Assembly (NCBI GenBank): GCA_022071975.1
Contig: JAJVIO010000036.1
Location: 1,606 to 65,605 of the forward strand
DNA from: Planctomycetota bacterium
GTDB taxonomy: Bacteria > Planctomycetota > UBA8742 > UBA2392
Direction of reading: 5' to 3'
Length of the DNA: 64,000 bases
Position 1 is the first letter of the stretch; each line of letters opens with the position of its first letter. Below are positions 61,155 through 64,000 of the stretch, in pieces. The position numbers and the translations under genes are program-made. The notes beneath the pieces were generated by a model that saw nothing but the letters and a program-made list of their open reading frames with translations, did no database searches and was not told the origin of the DNA.

Positions 61155-61230
61155 GTTCGCGCAGCGAACGTTCCGTCTGTCGCATGCGACAGACGGAAGC
61201 CTGCACCGGCCGTGGGCGCCTCGCCCACGG
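61155..61230 (+). other. Three consecutive perfect hairpins in the 99-nt spacer between the FeS/NrfD gene and the catalytic subunit gene
   Basis: GTTCGC-GCA-GCGAAC (61155-61169). TTCCGTCTGTCGCATGCGACAGACGGAA (61171-61198, a 28-nt perfect palindrome). CCGTGGGCG-CCT-CGCCCACGG (61210-61230). RBS AGGAGGA follows at 61234-61240. Confidence 0.5.
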
Positions 61231-61243
61231 CACAGGAGGAGTG

Positions 61244-64000
61244 ATGGGCAAAGCGAAGATCAGCCTGATTGAAAAGGTCGCCACGGCCTTGCGCATCATC
61301 CCGAACCTGGCCGGCGATGAAAAACCCGCGCGTATGGGCCCCGGCGTGCAGACCGGGCCGTTCCCGCTCAACAGTTTCCCGCCCGTCGACAAATGGGACG
61401 ACTGGGAAGAGCTCGACCCACAAGCCTGGCCCGTGCTGCAGAAGCGCAAGTACAGCATCGTGCCCACCACCTGCTTCAACTGCGAAAGCGCCTGCGGCCT
61501 GCTGGCCTACGTGGACAAAGACAGCCACACCGTCCGCAAGTTCGAGGGCAATCCCATGCACCCCGGCTCGCGCGGACGCAACTGCGCCAAGGGCCCGGCC
61601 ACCAAGAACCAGCTCGATGACCCGGATCGCATCCTGTATCCGCTCAAGCGCGCGGGCGCGCGCGGCGAAGGCAAATGGGAGCGCGTGAGCTGGGCAGAGG
61701 CGCTGAAAGACATCGGCGGCAAGATCGCCGCCAGCTTCGACGCCAAGCGCCACAACCACGTGGTCTACCACGTCGGGCGCCCCGGCCACGAAGGCTACAT
61801 GGACCGGGTGCTGCAGGGCTGGGGCATCGACGGCCACAACAGCCACACCACCATCTGCAGCGCCGGCGCGCGCCACGGCTACTCGCTGTGGATGAAGATG
61901 GACCGCCCCAGCCCCGACCACGCGGAAGCCCGCGTGATCCTGCTGGTCAGCGCGCACCTCGAGAGCGGCCATTACTTCAACCCGCACGCCCAGCGCATCA
62001 TGGAAGGCGTGATGAACGGCGCGAAGCTGGTGGTGCTCGACCCGCGCCTGTCCAACACCGCCAGCATGGCGGACCTCTGGATACCAACCCAGCCGGGCAG
62101 CGAGGCCGCGGTGTTCCTGGCGATCGCGCGGCTGATGCTGCTGAACAAGACCTACGACAAAAGCCAGTTCAAGCACTGGACCAACTGGCGCGAATTCCTG
62201 GCCGAGGAGCACGCAAGCAAGCCCCAGACCTGGGAAACCTTCGTTGAAGTGCTGCTCGATGAATGGAGCGAGTTCACGCCCGAGCGCGCGGCCGCCGAGG
62301 CGCGCGTGCCCGTCGAGCAGATCAGGCAGCTGTATGAAACCGTGATCAAATCCGACCGCCGCCTGGCTGCGCACACCTGGCGCTCGGCCAGCATCGGCAA
62401 CCTGGGCGGCTGGCAGGTTGCGCGCACCCTGCAATTGCTGGTGGTGATGACCGGCAGCGTGGGCGGCCCGGGCGGGACCATGCCCAGCGCCTGGAACAAG
62501 TTCAAGCCGGACTTTTTCGATAAGCCGCCGGCCGTGAAGTTCTGGAACACCTTCCAGTTCCCCGACGAATGGGGCGTGGCGCAATACGAGATGTCGCAGT
62601 GCCTGCCGCACCTGTTGAAGGAACGCGACGAAAAGCTGGACGTGTATTTCACCCGCGTATTCAACCCGGTGTGGACCTACCCGGACGGCTTCAGCTGGAT
62701 CGAGATGCTGCGCGACGAAAAGCGCGTGGGCTGCCACGTGGCGCTGACGCCGACCTGGAACGAGACCGCCTACTTCGCCGACTACGTGCTGCCCATGGGC
62801 CACGCCAGCGAGCGCCATGACATCAACAGCTACGAAGTGGACTCGGGCATGTGGATCGCCTTCCGCCAGCCGGTGCTGCGTGAAGTGGCGCGGCGCGAGG
62901 GCAAGACGGTCAAGCGCACGTATGAGGTCAACCCGGGCGAGGTCTGGGAAGAAGACGAGTTCTGGATCGATTTAAGTTGGAACATCGACCCGGACGGCTC
63001 GCGAGGAATCCGAAAACACTTCGAAAGCCCGGCCGATCCCACCAAACCCGTCAGTGTGGACGAGTACTACAGTTACATCTTCGACCGCGTGCCCGGCCTG
63101 CCCGAGGCCGCGAAGAAGATGGGCCTCAGCCCGCTCGACTACATGAAAAAGATCGGTGCGTTCCGGGTGCACGAGCGCGTCTACAACCAGCACCTGAAGC
63201 CGCTGGGCGACGACGGCGAGCCGAACGAATTCGGCACCGTCACCAAGGACGGCAAGGCGGTCGGCGTTGAAGTTGACGGCAAGCGCTACGTGGGCTGGCC
63301 CACGCCCAGCCGCAAGCTGGAGATCTGGTCCAAGTCGATGAAAGACTACGGCTGGCCCGAGCACACCCTGCCCGGCTGGATCAAGAGCCACGTGCACCCG
63401 GATCACGCCTACAGCAAGCCCAACGGCATGGTACTGGTGCCCACCTTCCGGCTGCCCACATTGATCCATACCCGCACAGGCGCCGCCAAATGGCTGAACG
63501 AAATCAGCAACAACAACCCGCTCTGGATGCACCCCAGCGACATGAAGGCCCGCGGATTGCGCAACGGCGACCTGGTGCGCGTCAGCACGGACATCGGCTG
63601 GTTCGTCGACAAGGTCTGGGCCACCGAGGCGATCAAGCCGGGCGTGGCGGCCTGCAGCCACCACCTGGGGCGCTGGCGCCGCAAGCAGGACCCGGCCGGC
63701 AACCGCATGTCCTCAAACACCGTGGTCATTGAGGAGTCGGACGGCAAGGTCAGCATGAAGCGCGTCCGCGGCGTGCACCCCTTCGAGAGCAACGACCCGG
63801 ACACCCAACGTATTTTCTGGTCCGAGGGCGGCGTGCACCAGAACGCCGCGGCGCCGGCGCACCCGGACCCGATCTCCGGCGCCAACTGCTGGCTGCAGAA
63901 CGTGGTGGTGGACAAGGCCCACAATGGTGACCAGTACGGCGACGTGTTCGCGGACCTCAAGAAGGCCCACGCCGTCTACCAGGAATGGAAGTCGTGGTGC
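61244..64000 (+). CDS. Molybdopterin (bis-MGD) oxidoreductase catalytic subunit, 3'-partial (runs off the window)
   Basis: Absent from the ORF track because no stop occurs before nt 64000. ATG 61244 follows AGGAGGA. The translation is MGKAKISLIEKV...TTCFNCESACGLLAYV...GRNCAKGPA (N-terminal CX2CX3C...C 4Fe-4S motif of MopB enzymes). I hand-translated the 5' end and the last ~100 nt; both were open. There is no RRxF Tat motif. Confidence 0.85.
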   Translation, partial: MGKAKISLIEKVATALRIIPNLAGDEKPARMGPGVQTGPFPLNSFPPVDKWDDWEELDPQAWPVLQKRKYSIVPTTCFNCESACGLLAYVDKDSHTVRKFEGNPMHPGSRGRNCAKGPATKNQLDDPDRILYPLKRAGARGEGKWERVSWAEALKDIGGKIAASFDAKRHNHVVYHVGRPGHEGYMDRVLQGWGIDGHNSHTTICSAGARHGYSLWMKMDRPSPDHAEARVILLVSAHLESGHYFNPHAQRIMEGVMNGAKLVVLDPRLSNTASMADLWIPTQPGSEAAVFLAIARLMLLNKTYDKSQFKHWTNWREFLAEEHASKPQTWETFVEVLLDEWSEFTPERAAAEARVPVEQIRQLYETVIKSDRRLAAHTWRSASIGNLGGWQVARTLQLLVVMTGSVGGPGGTMPSAWNKFKPDFFDKPPAVKFWNTFQFPDEWGVAQYEMSQCLPHLLKERDEKLDVYFTRVFNPVWTYPDGFSWIEMLRDEKRVGCHVALTPTWNETAYFADYVLPMGHASERHDINSYEVDSGMWIAFRQPVLREVARREGKTVKRTYEVNPGEVWEEDEFWIDLSWNIDPDGSRGIRKHFESPADPTKPVSVDEYYSYIFDRVPGLPEAAKKMGLSPLDYMKKIGAFRVHERVYNQHLKPLGDDGEPNEFGTVTKDGKAVGVEVDGKRYVGWPTPSRKLEIWSKSMKDYGWPEHTLPGWIKSHVHPDHAYSKPNGMVLVPTFRLPTLIHTRTGAAKWLNEISNNNPLWMHPSDMKARGLRNGDLVRVSTDIGWFVDKVWATEAIKPGVAACSHHLGRWRRKQDPAGNRMSSNTVVIEESDGKVSMKRVRGVHPFESNDPDTQRIFWSEGGVHQNAAAPAHPDPISGANCWLQNVVVDKAHNGDQYGDVFADLKKAHAVYQEWKSWC

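Noticed and set aside
61171-61198. 28-nt perfect palindrome and other palindromes as IS/transposon terminal inverted repeats
   Set aside because: No transposase, integrase or target-site duplication was seen anywhere in the window. The palindromes are self-complementary single sites inside short intercistronic spacers, not paired ends.
60083-62818. 911-aa minus-strand ORF, plus similar long antisense ORFs at 9501-11150 (-), 12076-13710 (+), 14813-16534 (-), 53098-54549 (+), 57828-59399 (+) and 59506-61272 (+)
   Set aside because: These are shadow ORFs typical of GC-rich DNA. Their products are Arg/Ala/Gly/Pro/His-rich low-complexity sequence with no motifs. Each lies opposite to, or out of frame with, a gene that has clear family motifs and G/C-rich third positions.

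Overview
GC-rich bacterial chromosomal segment; by eye about two-thirds G+C, with third codon positions almost all G/C. No rRNA genes, CRISPR arrays or mobile elements were seen. Gene content resembles PVC/Planctomycetota-like organisms: many prenyltransferase/squalene-oxidase-repeat proteins, a giant FG-GAP protein, ECF sigma factors and a pyruvoyl arginine decarboxylase. That taxonomic guess is inference only. Left to right: (1) housekeeping and accessory genes, namely a YeeE/YedE pair, a TPR protein, a VOC enzyme, an ECF sigma factor with a fused C-terminal domain, an amidinotransferase-fold enzyme, a pdaD-speB putrescine pair, a Ser/Thr kinase fused to a polytopic membrane domain, an aldo/keto reductase, and an initiator-like tRNA-Met. 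(2) A tightly packed 10-gene minus-strand carotenoid operon (17382-27126) ending in MlaE/MlaF-like ABC components and an XRE-cupin regulator, with a paired operator-like inverted repeat in its AT-rich promoter island. (3) Two alpha/alpha-toroid lipoproteins. (4) An 18.8-kb single gene for a 6270-aa FG-GAP/VCBS, Ig-like and PKD surface protein with a Gly-Cys/TM/basic C-terminal sorting-type signal, preceded by a 2087-aa thioester (CAEQ) alpha-2-macroglobulin. (5) The most unusual element: three translationally coupled genes (55388-59396). They encode a DUF2207-like membrane protein whose cytoplasmic C-terminus is a (Cys-His-Ser-Ala)8-Cys-His-Ser repeat, a radical SAM/SPASM maturase with an N-terminal PqqD-like RRE, and a polytopic membrane protein. 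I interpret this as a candidate undescribed protein-tail modification system. (6) A fused NrfC-NrfD gene followed by a 3'-truncated molybdopterin oxidoreductase, both lacking Tat signals. All family assignments come from motif recognition by eye; no searches were run.
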